Source: Octopus vulgaris (Eukaryota). Taken from it: 64,000 nucleotides of DNA. The stretch is taken from contig OX597819.1 of assembly GCA_951406725.2 (NCBI GenBank), positions 28,768,001-28,832,000 on the forward strand, in the 5' to 3' direction. Numbering within the stretch: the stretch's first letter is position 1; every line of letters starts with the position of its first letter. This document shows positions 1 through 13,229 of this stretch, one piece after another. Made by a program: the position numbers and the translations under genes. The notes beneath the pieces were generated by a model. That model did no database searches. It saw only the letters and a list, made by a program, of their open reading frames with translations, and had not been told where the DNA came from.

Positions 1-268
1 ATCACACTTCCTTTGTAATATCTTGCACTTATATTATGGCATTCAAAGCTCAAAGGTATGCCCTGGCATTTGCCACCATCTATTTCTCTCTCTTCCTTCA
101 CTCAACCATCCCATTTATATTCTGATCCCCGTCTCTTGTGAGTATGCCTGGCACTTCGCCACCATCTCTATCCTGCTGTCTCCCACACTCTCTCCTCCTG
201 CACTTCCCTCAGGTTGAGTAACCATGTATTTCCTTTGTGGTAGTGCACATGTTTCTATCTTCATACCT

Positions 269-323
<55 letters not shown>

Positions 324-474
324 CCAGTTGGGTAACCTTGTACTTACGCTACAGCAAAACACCTATTTCTGGCTCTTTGTCTCACTATAACCTTTCATCA
401 TCCAACACAAGATCACTTCCTCCAATGCCTCTTCCCCTCTTGAAATTTTTTTTTTGTCTTGCCAGTACTTGGTG

Positions 475-1251
475 ACCCTGTCAGTGTAGGTGTCACTTAA
501 AAGCCCCCAAAAGCACTTAAAATCCACACTGTAAAGTGGTTGGAGTGTGGAAGGGTATCTAGCTGTAGAAACCTTGCCAAAACTGATCTTGCCTGTACTT
601 GTGCCACATAAAAAGCACTAAGTCCACTCTGCTGAGTGGTTGGTGTTAGGAAGGGAATTGAGCTGTAAGAATCTTGCCAAAACAGTCACAGAAGTCTGGT
701 GCAGGCGTCTGCCTGGCCGGTTCTTGTGAAACCGTCCCACTCATGCAAGTTTGGAAGGTGAATGTTAAATGATGATGATGACGATGATGATATATCATCA
801 TCGTCATCATCATTTATCGTCTGTTTTCCATACTGGTTGGATGCTTTGACTGAGGACTGGCAAGCTATGAGGCTGCACCAGGCTCCAATCTGATCTGGCA
901 AAGTTTCTTACAGCTGGATCCCTTTCTTAACACCAACCACTCTGAGAGTGTAGTGAGTGCTTTTTATGTGCCACTGACACAGGGGTCAATCAGGTGGAAG
1001 TGGCATTGACCACACTTGAATGGTGCTTTCTATGTGCCACTGACATGGGTGCCAGTCACATGGTACTGACATCGGCCATGACATTGATTTCACTTGACTC
1101 AATATGTCTTCTCAAGCACAGCATATAGTCTGATGATTGAAGGGTACTCTTAAATAGGCTGGCTATGTGACACTGGCATAGGCAACAGCTACAATCTCAC
1201 TTAGCTTGCTGGGTCTTCTCAAGCACAGCATATCTCCAAAAGTCTTGGCCA

Positions 1252-1252
<1 letters not shown>
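475..1252. mobile_element. Two tail-to-tail copies of an RTE-tailed SINE-like repeat ending in (GAT)n
   Basis: The motifs GGTTGG..TTAGGAAGGG..CCAGCTGTAGAAAC occur at 530-700 (+) and as reverse complement at 830-1000, meeting at (GAT)n/(CAT)n near 770-812. Same family as 20692-21300 and 26063-26447. Confidence 0.7.
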
Positions 1253-1297
<45 letters not shown>

Positions 1298-2465
1298 TAT
1301 TAGAGATAAAACCACTATTAGGCAAATCAAACAGTGAAAAACATAAGCCAATGCATAAAAATAAATATAATTAATATAATATACAAAATATATAAAATGT
1401 AAAATTTAAAATTTAAATTATTTAAATTTAAAATTTTTTAATTTATATTTATAAATTTTTATATTTTTTTATATATATTTTTAAAAATTCTAAATTTTTA
1501 AACTTTTAAACTTTTAATTTTTTTTTATACATATACACATATGTACTCATGTAGCTCATGCCAATAACGTAGGATGGTTTTTTTTTGTTTAGTTCTTGAA
1601 TAGCTCATGGGATTTTGAGTTTAGGTTAAATGTAAATATCATGAAAGGTTACTGATGTAAAGCTTGTTATGTCTGTGAATCTCAGGCAAAATTTTGCTGT
1701 ATTTCAATGTGATTTGTTAATGTAGTGTATCAATTATATAACCACTGGTGCTTTCTGAAATCACAAACCCCAAACATGAGAGATATGTAGGCAGCAGCTG
1801 TTTTGCTCAGGAAATGCAGCAGACTTTGATAGATTTAAATTTGCAAAAAACAAGTTTCACCAAATTTAACAAAAAGGAAAAAAAAAAAAAAATTGTGCTG
1901 CATTCAAAATGCTAATAGTTTCAAAGTATAAATAAAGTTGAATATGACAGCATAGTTATAAAATTTAAGTACTTTAGCACTGAATCTGTTTCCTACTAGA
2001 GTGTAGGATGGGTGCTTTATTTGACTATCTGTGATTCCCCAAAAATTTCAAAATAAAATGTAAAAGAATAAAAAATTAAAAATTAAATATAATTATGTTT
2101 TTGATAAAACTACATTTTTATTGTTGTATTTCGGAATGGTCATTTTGCCAGTTTAGCCAATTTTTTTTGCAAATTTAAATCTATCAAAGTCTGCATTTTC
2201 TGAACATTTTTATTATATTTTATATATCTAATAGTTAGCTGTAACTTATTGTAACTTTTATTTTGTATTAACTAAACATACATTTGGGTGATTTGAACTG
2301 ATACACATTTAATGACCGCACATTGTTTAACTACAGGTTAACTCTGGTTAACCATGACAATTACATCTCACCTTTTTTTAGGTCTCTTGGACTGCATAGT
2401 TTAATATGTATCTTCTCCTTTAAAGTGGTGAGCTGGCTGAATCATTAGCGTGCTGGAAAAAAAAA

Positions 2466-3302
2466 TGTATGGTCAGTTTGCAAGAGATGTAGACACCAAG
2501 ACGGGTATGGAGGACTGGTGACTATGGATGCGGAGGAGTGACCTGAAGATAGTGGCAGAAGCACTTATATGCGCAGTTCAAGAATAAGTGTTAAGGAGCA
2601 ACTATGTGAAGTGCAGAATAGACAACACTACTGACAGTGACAAATGCAGAATGTGTGGTGAGAGGGGAGAAAAGGTATGGCACATCATTAGCAAATGCCC
2701 GAAATTGGCACAACCTGAATACAAAAGACAGCATGACAATGTGGCAGAATGATCCATTGGGAGCTCTGTGGAAATCATGGCCTGCAAAGAGCAAAGTCGT
2801 GGCATGAACAAACCACAGAAGGAGTCACGTGGTGAATTACAAAATCATGTGGGATGCGATGATCCAGTGCAATCACCTGACCAGACACCAGATACTGGAC
2901 ATTGTTGTGGTTAATAAAAAAGGAAAGAACATGCATGATAATCAACATAGTATGCCCCGGTGACAATAGGATCAATGTGAAAGAAGAAAAAAATAAGCAA
3001 CTATGATGATTTGAAATGGGAAAAACGAAGGTTGTGGTCAACGTAGAGAGTAGATGTGATACCAATTGTAATTGGTGCACTTGGAAGTATCAGCACTCAA
3101 CTACCAACATGGCTGAAAAAGTGTAAAGGTAGAACGCCTACAAAAATCAGCATTGCTTGGAACTGCAAGAATTCTTCGCAGGGTTCTTGAAGCAAGACCA
3201 GTAAATAAGTGTTGCCTTAGTTTACTGGCAGTAGACAACTGACACTCTATCATACCCAGCAAAATAAGCTGTTAGTTTTCATCACCTAATAATAATAATA
3301 AT
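2466..3302 (+). mobile_element. R4/Dong-type non-LTR retrotransposon 3' end (CCHC knuckle plus restriction-like endonuclease), decayed
   Basis: Reads KMYGQFARDVD...KCRMCGERGEKVWHIISKCPKLAQPEYKRQHDNVA, then DIVV..INIVCP..RILRRVLEA, with stops and frameshifts. A 3' UTR and (TAA)n tail follow. Confidence 0.85.
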
Positions 3303-3306
3303 GACG

Positions 3307-3337
<31 letters not shown>

Positions 3338-3349
3338 TGACGACGACAA

Positions 3350-5442
3350 CAATTACTAACTGAATTAGAGATTGACCAAATTAAATAATCAGTAAGGGAT
3401 AAAAGGAGCAAAGTTGCAGCAAAAGAAGATACTACTGAGAAAATAATTATAAACCAGCCCAGGGCTGATGAAAATGCAATAATGACTGAAAGAGTTAATG
3501 TAACTGATAAGCAAAGTGAAATACTCTCTGAACCAACCATAAACACCAAGGCAGATGAAAATCAAATAGATGAAGAAAGTCACACAGAAATTGACCCAGC
3601 AGAACTACATGATCTACACAATCAAATCATGATTGAATGGCTGAAAATTAAAGAAGCCAGTATGAATGAATTCGACAATCTCCTAAAAATTTGTAATTCT
3701 AACCAAAATCTTGCACTTAAGGATATGATTTCAGCTAATGATGTTGATATTACAGATCTCAACCACCTGTACTATGCCTCCGCGAAAATCTCAATGATTT
3801 TATATGGTGAAAAGATTAGAAAACAACATTCCCGCAAAAAGCCTACACCAAATTCAGCTACTTAGATCTGACATAGAATGTTTAAAAAACCTTAAGCTTG
3901 ACAAGACTATCAAACCAACAAAGATCCGAAAATTAAAGAAAAAATATAATATGAAAACCATATTTGACATTGATACCACCATCAAGTAAAAGGTATGTGC
4001 TAAAGCTGCCGCATAGCAAGGTATGAAAAGCACATTAGATTCTTCAAGAATAACAACATGTTAAAAAATAACCCAAAATATTTTTACAGGAAGATAGGGA
4101 AAATACCAGTTACAGTAATGTCTGTCCCATCAAAAGAAATGCAGGAATTCTTGAATAAAATTTGGGCAGAAGAAAAAACACACAATAGAAAGGCCTCTTG
4201 GATTGATAGAATATCTACAGACTTAGACTCCTTAGAAGAACAAAAGTGGGAGCGTATCAAGGTAGAGGATGTAAGATCTGCTCTCAGGAAATCAAGCAAA
4301 TGGAAGTCTCCAGGAAAGGATAAAATTCCTAACTTCTAGCTGAATGCCTTCCCAGAGAGCCATGAACTGCTAACAAAACTTTACAACAATGTTTTGCAAC
4401 AACCTAGTATAATTTCTTCTTGGCTAGTTAATGGTGTAACATTCCTACTTCCAAAAAATGAAGAAACAAAAGAACCAAAACAATTATAGACCCATAACCT
4501 GCTTCACAACAATGTATAAAATGCTAACATCTGTCTTGATTGAATATACCTAAATTTTTTTAATAGAAAGTGGCATATTCCCTAATGAGCAAAGAAGTAA
4601 ATGTGGGTCCTATGGTTGTAAAGATCAGCTACCCATCAATAAGATGATCTTGGAAGATTGTCACAAATGACACAGAAACTTGTTGATAGCCTGGATAGAC
4701 TGTAAAAAAGCTTTTGATAGTCTATCACATAGCTGGATTAAGAAATGTCTGGAAATGTATAAAATAGCACTTACTCTGCAAAACTCCTTGTCTGTAATTA
4801 TGTGATCATGGAGAACCACACTGACTTTGAACAGTGACAATGTATCTTTTAATGCTGGAGATGTAAGAATTTCATGTGGCATTTTCCATGGTGATTCTCT
4901 ATCACCACTCCTCTTTTGTCTAGTCTTAATACCTCTCTCGAAATTACTCAATGATGTACAATACGGTTATAAAATGTGTGATAAAAATATAAATCATCTT
5001 ATTTACATGGATGATTTAATGCTCATTGCAGAAATTGACCAACAACTACAGGGCTTACTGACGATTGTTAAACAATACAGTGATGACATCAGGATGTAAT
5101 TTGGCCTCAATAAATGTGCAAAAGCTACCTTTATCAAAGGGAAAATGACAGAAACATCCAATGTTAATCTCAACCAGCGGAATGTATAAAGGAATTAGAA
5201 CAAGCGGAGAGCTACAAATACCTAGGGGTATTTTAGGGGATGGAATCAAACATTCAGTGATGAGGGAAAGGATCAGAAGAGAATGCTATTGCACGGTAAG
5301 AGCAATACTCAAGACAGAGATGAATGCAAGAAATAGGATCAAAGTGATCAATATTTCAGCCATACCAGTTGTGACTTACAGTTTTAATATCATTAACTGG
5401 TCAATTCCAGAAATATGTAATCTCAACAGAAAAATACAATAA
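3350..5442 (+). mobile_element. R4/Dong-type LINE, N-terminal region plus reverse transcriptase, pseudogenised and 3'-truncated
   Basis: ORF pieces give WKSPGKDKIPNF, YRPIT, AWIDCKKAFDSLSHSWI, GIFHGDSLSPLLFCL, HLIYMDDL and AIPVVTYSFNIINW, separated by many stops and frameshifts. Confidence 0.9.
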
Positions 5443-5955
5443 TTAGAAAATTACTATTTTTAAATCTCACAATGTGAGATGTTCAGTAAAAGTACTTTAT
5501 AGTAAAGATTGTTTGCCAACATAACATGGCACTCCTGGTTTAGGATGGATATTGCTATAGTTTAGCCCCAGGAGACATCGACTCCAGCTGGCTATAAGAC
5601 ACTATCTGTGTCCTCATATTTTTGAGCAAGGGAATCTAGCACCCACCCACTCTGCTCAAAATAATATCTATGTGTCATGATTTCTGGGTTATTTCCCTTC
5701 ATCAGCACAGAATAATTGTTTGGCTAGAGGTGGTGCTGCCAAATTCTCGTTCGAAATATATAGATTTCTAAGTGACAACAAAAACAACAACAACAACAAC
5801 AACAACAGCAGCAACACAATAGATAGAGAAAGATTAAAGGAAAGGCAGATCACAAGTATGTGGTGGATGAGTTGTAAAAGTGTGTGGAAAAAGATGAGAG
5901 GCATATAGAAGGCAGAAATACCAAGAAGGTAGAAGAGTGAATGGTGAAAAACATT

Positions 5956-6387
5956 GGATCTTTTCGGTTTGAACGGCAGTTTTTAACATAATTTCTAGGT
6001 AACTAAAAAATTTTAAACTTCGTATACTGGTAGAATGGGTTTATAAAACATCATTTTTTCTTGGCTTTATTGAGAAAATTCTATAGTTTGTAAGATATTT
6101 GTTGTTTTTTTTCTTCAATTTCTGCAATTTCAACAAATCAGTGACGTCTATTGAATTAAAAAGCATTCTGTGCCGTATGAATATGTCCCTCGTTTAAGAA
6201 ATAGACTGGGTTTATTAGTGAAGAAAAAAAGATGCCCTCCCCCACCCCTAACCCTAACCCTAACCCTAACTAACCCTAACCCTAAAAGAGATTGAAACGC
6301 AATAGATCGATTCTAGGGTCATAATTATGGGTGACAATTTCATATGATACCGCTTAAAAAAAACTGCCGTTCAAACCGAAAAGATTC
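5956..6387. mobile_element. Merlin-like MITE with internal (CCCTAA)n
   Basis: TIR of about 29 bp GGATCTTTTCGGTTTGAACGGCAGTTTTT; flanks AAAACATT/AAAACATC (8-bp TSD, 7/8 match); CCCTAA array at about 6245-6285. Confidence 0.85.
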
Positions 6388-6449
6388 AAAACATCTCATA
6401 CATTTAGATGGTTTCATATATTTAATAACCTTCTCTCATTTTGTACCAG

Positions 6450-6567
6450 TCACTGAGTACCTTGGGAGCTATGATGGGTGCAACGTGGTGAATGTTGATG
6501 CAGCCAAAGCGCGTGTTCTTCCTGAGTACAATTGTCTTGCAACTACTGCCAAGGGCAACAGCCAGCA
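6450..6567 (+). CDS. Candidate internal exon of an unidentified host gene
   Basis: Pyrimidine tract plus CAG acceptor, CA|GTAAGC donor, open frame (V)TEYLGSYDGCNVVNVDAAKARVLPEYNCLATTAKGNSQ. GC and CpG are retained in a CpG-poor context. No protein recognised. Confidence 0.3.
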
Positions 6568-7147
6568 GTAAGCAACAGGGAAATATGACAGACGAAGTTA
6601 TGTTGAGTATGTTATGAGACTGAACTCTTAAAATTTTTCCTAATGAATGGTCTATTTAACTTCAATGAACTCTCTTTCAACTTCGTTTGATATTCAATCC
6701 TAAAACATTTTAATAGATTCTCTAATGAACTATCTATTAACTTTTATGACCTTTAATAATTTCTATGAACTTTGTCAACATGTCTGAACTTTCATTTCTA
6801 AGACATTTTACATTATGAAGACTAACTTGAAAATTATTTTGTTTTCACATAAAATGACTTTGTTCGCAGCACCTACAAACGTTTTTGAAAATAGCAATGC
6901 CATCTTCAAAATATTGGATAATATTTGGTTACTTATAAATAGAAATAATTACTAAAATGTAGGGTAATCAGTCATAGAAATTTCTGTTCATGAACGTAGT
7001 TTGAGAATAAATATATTCTTTTCCTGCACATCTTGAATTGGAGTCACTTGCTACATCGCATCAAAAATGTGGTCAACCTCACCAACTCCATAAATTGTTA
7101 CCCCCTCCACACATACGTGTATGTAAGTATATAAAATCCATCCATCC

Positions 7148-7236
<89 letters not shown>

Positions 7237-7374
7237 AGCTGGTTTTGATCTGCAAGTATTTTTTACATCACTAATTGATGAATGGGAAATTCCATGCCTG
7301 TGGCAGGTAGCATCTAGAATGGAAGCTATTGATCTCATTTCTTGAGTTTAAGAGCATCCCTGAGTGTAGCACTG

Positions 7375-7715
7375 TGTAGCACCTTGGGCAAGTGTTTTCC
7401 ACTATATCCTTGGGCTGATCAAATCCTTATGAGTGGATTTGGTTGTTGGAAACTGAAAGAAGCCCCTCTTATATATATTTATATATTTATGTGTGTGTAT
7501 CTTTGTGTCTGTGTTTGTTTCCCTACCATCACTTGACAACCAGTGTTGGTGTGTTCATGCCCCTGTAACTTAGCGGCTTAGTAAAAGAGACTGATAGAAT
7601 AAGTACTAGGCTTACAAAGAATAAGTTCTGGGGCGATTTCTTTGACTAAAACCCTTTAAGACATTGCTCCAGCATACTGCAGTCAAGTGACTGAAACAAG
7701 TAAAAAAATAAGAGA
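7375..7715 (+). mobile_element. tRNA-derived SINE family A, 5'-truncated
   Basis: Matches 8247-8683 (CACCTTGGGCAAGTG, GGAAACTGAAAGAAGCC, GATAGAATAAGTACTAGGCTTACAAAG, GACTGAAACAAGTAAA). Confidence 0.8.
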
Positions 7716-8246
7716 ATATATATATATACACACACACAAGCACGCACACACACACACACACATATATATTTGTATTGTGTGTGTGTGTGTGTGTGTAGTC
7801 TTATATCTTTCTGTATACATATCTATATACAGTAAGTGTATGTGTTTATGTACGTGTATGTGTGTGTGCGTGCGTGGGTGGGTGTGTGCATGTTCTAAAA
7901 CTGTAATTGGGTCTCTTGTGAGGTGTTGCCTATAAGATTATGACTTATTTGGAAACATACCTTTCATTGTATTAATTTTTCTTTAGATAATCAATGTAAT
8001 CCTCACTAAGATTTCCTATTTATCTATTAGATACCAGCCAAATAGCATGGATAGCTGCCAACAAGTAAACTCAATTGGCTGACATATTTTCCTTCCTTGT
8101 TCACAATGGTTTGAAATATAATAAACTCTAATAATTACACTTAATATGTAATGACAAATATTAATATCTTCGAAATTTTTTTTATCTTCTTGAATTATAA
8201 ATATTATGATTTTATGATGAGCAGTTCTTTGATGGTTATATATATA

Positions 8247-8411
8247 GGTGCAGGAGTGGCTGTGTGGTAAGTAGCTTGCTTACCAACCACATGGTTCCGG
8301 GTTCAGTCCCACTGCATGGCACCTTGGGCAAGTGTCTTCTACTATAGCCTCGGGCCGACCAAAGACTTGTGAGTGGATTTGGTAGACGGAAACTGAAAGA
8401 AGCCCGTCATA

Positions 8412-8474
<63 letters not shown>

Positions 8475-8683
8475 ATGTATGTTTGTGTGTCTGTGTTTGT
8501 CCCCCTAGCATTGCTTGACAACCGATGCTGGTGTGTTTATGTCCCCGTCACTTAGCAGTTCGGCAAAAGAGACCGATAGAATAAGTACTAGGCTTACAAA
8601 GGATAAGTCCCAGGGTCGAGTTGCTCGAGTGCTCCAGCATGGCTGCAGTCAAATAACTGAAACAAGTAAAAGAGTAAAGAGTA
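8247..8683 (+). mobile_element. tRNA-derived SINE family A, full length, with internal (TA)n/(TG)n
   Basis: A-box-like TGGCTGTGTGG and B-box-like GGTTCAGTCC head, central microsatellite, AAAGAGT tail. Many copies in the window. Confidence 0.85.
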
Positions 8684-8689
8684 TGTAAG

Positions 8690-9060
8690 TTTGTTTCCCA
8701 ACTATATGTTTCCTACTGTGTGGCACCTTAGGCAAGTGTCTTCTGCTATAGCTTCAGGTTGATCAAAGCCTTGTTAGTGGATTTTGTAGATAGAAACTGA
8801 AAAAATCCTGTTCTGTGTGTGTGTGTGTGTGTGTGTGTGTCTTTGTGTCAGTTTTTGTTTTCTACCACTGCTTGAAGACAGTGTTGGTGTGTTTACATCC
8901 CCATAACTCAGTAGTTTGGCAAAAGAGACTGATAGAATAAGTTCCAGGCTTTGAAAAAATAAGTACTCTGTTGATTCATTCAGCTAAAAATTCTTCATGG
9001 CAGTGCCCTGCATGACTGCATTCTAATGACTGAAACAAATAAAGGATAGACGATAAAAGA
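8690..9060 (+). mobile_element. SINE family A, diverged copy
   Basis: Same modules as the adjacent 8247-8683 copy. Confidence 0.75.
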
Positions 9061-9803
9061 TATATATATATATATATACATAATTAATAATATTAGGGTA
9101 AGAAAAAATTTATAAATTTTTACTACCAGTGGTCTAGCGTGTAGAAAAATTAGTCAATAGACTATATATTATTAGTATAAATACAGTGTACATTTAAACA
9201 CATAAGAGGTATCAATCATAGAATACCTGGCACACTAGAAGGAATAGCCAAAATCCAAACATCTATTAGGGATAAATTTCGAAAGGAATGAAATATAAAA
9301 ACATTTACCATCTATTTCCTGGACCATGGAAGTATGGAATATTTCTTCCAGGCATAAATTGCATTCCTTAGACTGAAGTCTGGTGCTACCCCCCAGCTTG
9401 CCAGCTCTGTTTAAGCTATCCGCCCTAAACCAGTACGGACAATGGATGTTAAATGATAATGATGATGATGATGACTTCTGATTATGTAAGGTTCTACCCT
9501 GCCTATAATTTCCCACTGTTTAGCAAAGTTAGTGTTTCTAACCAAAATATTATGCTACTTAAACCAACATAATTTTAGATTGCTTCAAACCACAACAGTG
9601 TTTAGCACCTTGAATAAAGCTAGATAAACTTCTAGCCAGATGAATAAACTGGATGCAAATGGAAACCATATTGTAAGATATCCATGCAGCAGAAACATAT
9701 GTTGGATGGATTTAAATTAAATAATCAGGATAATTGTAATAATAAACAATGTGTAGATGAATTTACTCCTTATTCAATATATCTCTCCTTATTCAATGAA
9801 TTA

Positions 9804-9834
<31 letters not shown>

Positions 9835-9881
9835 AGAAAATGAGATGACAAAGTAAAAAATGATTGTTATGAATTTCATTA

Positions 9882-9960
9882 GCTTACCGCTGTTTCAGCT
9901 GTAAGATGAAGTGGACTCATAGTTGAGTGCCTGAATTATATCTTATAGCTTCATTAGAGC
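9882..9960 (-). ncRNA. Type I hammerhead ribozyme motif, decayed (G5>A)
   Basis: Minus strand: GCU-CUAAUGA-AGCUAUAAGAU...AUCUUACAGCU-GAAA-CAGCGG-UA-AGC. Stems I and II pair. Confidence 0.55.
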
Positions 9961-11159
9961 CTTAAATATGAAGTGCAATTTATTTAGGAAAAGGATTATC
10001 ATAGTATATGTATGTATGTATGTATGTGTGTATGTATGTATGTATGTATGTATGTATGTGTGTGTATGTGTGTATGTATGTATGCATGTATGCATGTATG
10101 TGTGTGTGTATGTATGTATGTATGTATGTGTATGTGTTTGCTTGTATGTGTATATATATGTGTGTATGTATGTACATATACATATAATTAGTTACCCTTC
10201 CAGTTAGAAGAACAATGCTCCCTTACATTAACACTGAATTTAAAAATACTAGGGAAGGATAACTGATCAACCCTTAATATACTACCAATGCTTATTTTCT
10301 CAAGCACTTATGGACAGAACATATCTGATATTCTGGGAGGAAATAAGCTAAGAGTAAACGAATTATAACAAATAGCTGGTTTAAAAAGTTTGCTTTTCAA
10401 TCACAAGTCCTGTGCTGTATCCCACTTCATGGCATTTTAGTTAAATATTGTTAACCACATAACTTTGTGGGTGAAATTTGGGTAGAATTCCTTCAGATGG
10501 ACCATACTTGTCCATAGAAGACTTTATCAGTTACCCAGTTTAACACCCTTATCTGACCCTTGGGTGCTTTTAGCACTGTCCACTCAGTTGCAGATATTTG
10601 GAACATGTCACCCATTTCTTCTTCTCTTTCTCCCACCCCATTAGTCTCAAGAACCCTGTAAGAAAGGCCACAGACATTGTGATATCCTTCTCTGATAAAG
10701 CCATAAAAAAAATCAAAGTATTTCTACCATTCTACTGCCTTAATTATAGAAAATAATAAAATAATAAAGTAATTATTATCAGAAAATGTTGAATGGAATT
10801 TTTAATTTGGATAAAATTGATTTTCATGCCATGTGGTATTAATGAGAAAGAAGTCGTTTAAAATCCTAATTATGCTATAGGAAACCAATGGGAAATAAAA
10901 TGCTAATACTCAGCATAAAAATAAAACTTAATTACAGGGAAGGGAAATTACAATATAATAATCATAATCATGCTTCATCTTCTAAATTGCCACTTCTATT
11001 TTTCTGCACTTCAAATTAGTGAGATATATTACCCATTCCGTATTTTTTTGAAACAAGGATCACATGTATTTTTCCTATACCTTTTCCAAATCCAACAATC
11101 AAAGAATTTGTCCTATCCTAAGAATTAAACTATCTCTATATTGTAGAACATGACCCGGC

Positions 11160-11447
11160 TTTCTATCAATTAAGATGATGACTGTTCCAGTTGATTAGAT
11201 CAACGGAACATCCTGCTGAGGACTGCACGGACCTGAATACTCTTAATGTAGTTCTCAGGGAGGTACAGTGTGACAAAGAATGTGACGAGGCTGGCTCTTT
11301 TAAATTACAGGTATGTGTCGTTTTTGCCAGCTGAGTGGACTGGAGTGATGGGAAATTAAATGTTTTGCTTAAGGACGCAATGCACTTCCAGGAATTGAAC
11401 TCACAACCTTACAGGTGTAAGCTGAATACCCTAACCACTAAGCCACT
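11160..11447 (-). mobile_element. Diverged tRNA-derived SINE related to 34888-35276
   Basis: Shares GATCAACGGAACA.CCTGCT, GTAGTTCTC.GGGA and GTGACAAGGCTGG motifs, and a CCCTAACCACTAAGCCA head. Confidence 0.7.
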
Positions 11448-12322
11448 TGGAACATAATTGGATCTTAAAGTTACTCATAGCTGAAAATTTTCTTGGTTAA
11501 AAAAAAAATGCATGACTTTAGTCAAGAAGATAAGGTAGTGTTCATGATGTTTTATGAAGTCTCCAAGACTGGTGGGTGGGTGGATAGGTGTGTGTGTGTG
11601 GGGGGGGAGGATGAAGAAGGTATTATCAAGCCTAAATGCTTGTAACTTTGTAGGCTCTGAAGGACCAAATGGGATGTTAAATTGACTGATGGATTAAATC
11701 TAATACCTGCATAGGCTCAGCAGGATTCAAACCCCAAGCACAAAGAGTGGGAATAAAATACCACAAGGCATTGATATCCAGTGCTTTAATGATCTCACCT
11801 GCCCACCACCTTAGATGTAAGGTGGGATTGACTTCAGTGGGATTTGAATTCAAAATGCAAGAAACCGGAATAAATACTGTAATGCATTTCACCTGATGCT
11901 TTAATGACTTTGCCAATTTGTTGATTATATTTTCATTCAGATTGATCGTTATTAAGAATATAATCTTTCTAGAGGAATAAAGCTTCAGATAATGTAACAA
12001 AGAGATGTATAGTAAAGGAATATTTTAATTTGGATATTGTTGTTGTTGGTTTTAGCTGAGGCTCATGTTGTTGTTGTTGGTATTGTTGTTTCTGGTTATA
12101 TTTATAGTAATTGCTACACCAACCATAAAAATCTCATCTTATTTTCAGACAATGTACACAAAATTACATTATTTCTTTCTAAGATACTATGGTGTGGTTT
12201 GAAAGAATTTGGCTGTTATTTCTTGCAAGTTGTATACCTGCATAGAAGCTTCCTTGTTGACTCATCATGTAGCAGTTGCTGATGTTTTTGTTTAGCTCCT
12301 GGTCAGCCCTGATTTAGATTAA

Positions 12323-12544
12323 CCCTTTCGCATTCAGATTAATTCATGAAATTAATGCTTATTTATTCACATATTTAAAAAAATAATCATGTAGTATCTT
12401 GTAGCTTTCAAATTTTGAAGATGCAATTGTTTATTTTTAGAATAACATAGTCAGGTAGGTGTGAGAGGCTGGATCTGGCTATTTTGAACATAAAACAACA
12501 GGTAGAATATTCAGGTCAGATATGACCAGCTTAAATCTAAAGGG
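12323..12544. mobile_element. piggyBac-like MITE
   Basis: TTAA|CCCTTT ... AAAGGG|TTAA termini. Confidence 0.7.
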
Positions 12545-12654
12545 TTAAAGAAATTATAATCGTGACCAACCCTTCTATTCACATGGTAATGTGTCTTGGT
12601 TTTCTAAAAAGAACGAAAGTAATTTGAAGTCAGATAATTACATTGATGATACCT

Positions 12655-12961
12655 GTGGAGGCACATGGCCTAGTGGTTAGAGCAGCGGACTCACGGTCGA
12701 GGGATTGCGGGTTCAAATCTCAGACCGGGCGATGTGTGTGTTTATGAGCGAAACACCTAAGCTCCACGCGGCTCCGGCAGAAGGTAATGGTGAACTTCTG
12801 CTGACTCTTTCGCCACAACTTTCTCTCACTCTTTCCTCCTGCATCTTGTAGCTCACTTGCGACGGACTGGTGTCCCATCCAGGTGTGGAACCAAATACCA
12901 AGAAACTGGGAAACTGGCCCTTATGAGCCAGGCATGGCTTGAGAAGGAATAAAAAGCAACA
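12655..12961 (+). mobile_element. tRNA-derived SINE family C with V-domain-like body
   Basis: Head TGGCCTAGTGGTTAG...GGTTCAAATC; body GCGACGGACTGGTGTCCCATCCAGG; 13-bp TSD ATTGATGATACCT (12642-12654 / 12962-12974). Confidence 0.85.
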
Positions 12962-13229
12962 ATTGATGATACCTTATTGACACATCGTCTGGAAGTTGTC
13001 CATGAAAGGTGGATGTGTGTGGGAGCTTGTATTGCCTGAAATAATTTCTGGTTTTAAAGAGAAATTAAAAGTTAACAATACAAGTTTATATAGAAATCCA
13101 GAAATTCAAAATTTCAGCTGGATTCTCCTGCATTCCTACATAGACAGAAAGACACTATCAAGTTTTGCTTGTTCATAATTAGCAGAAACAAAAAAAAAGA
13201 AGAAAAAAAGAAAGAAAGAAAGGGAATAC

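Noticed and set aside
6245-6285. Telomere or chromosome-fusion scar
   Set aside because: The short TTAGGG arrays are internal to a TIR/TSD-bounded MITE present three times.
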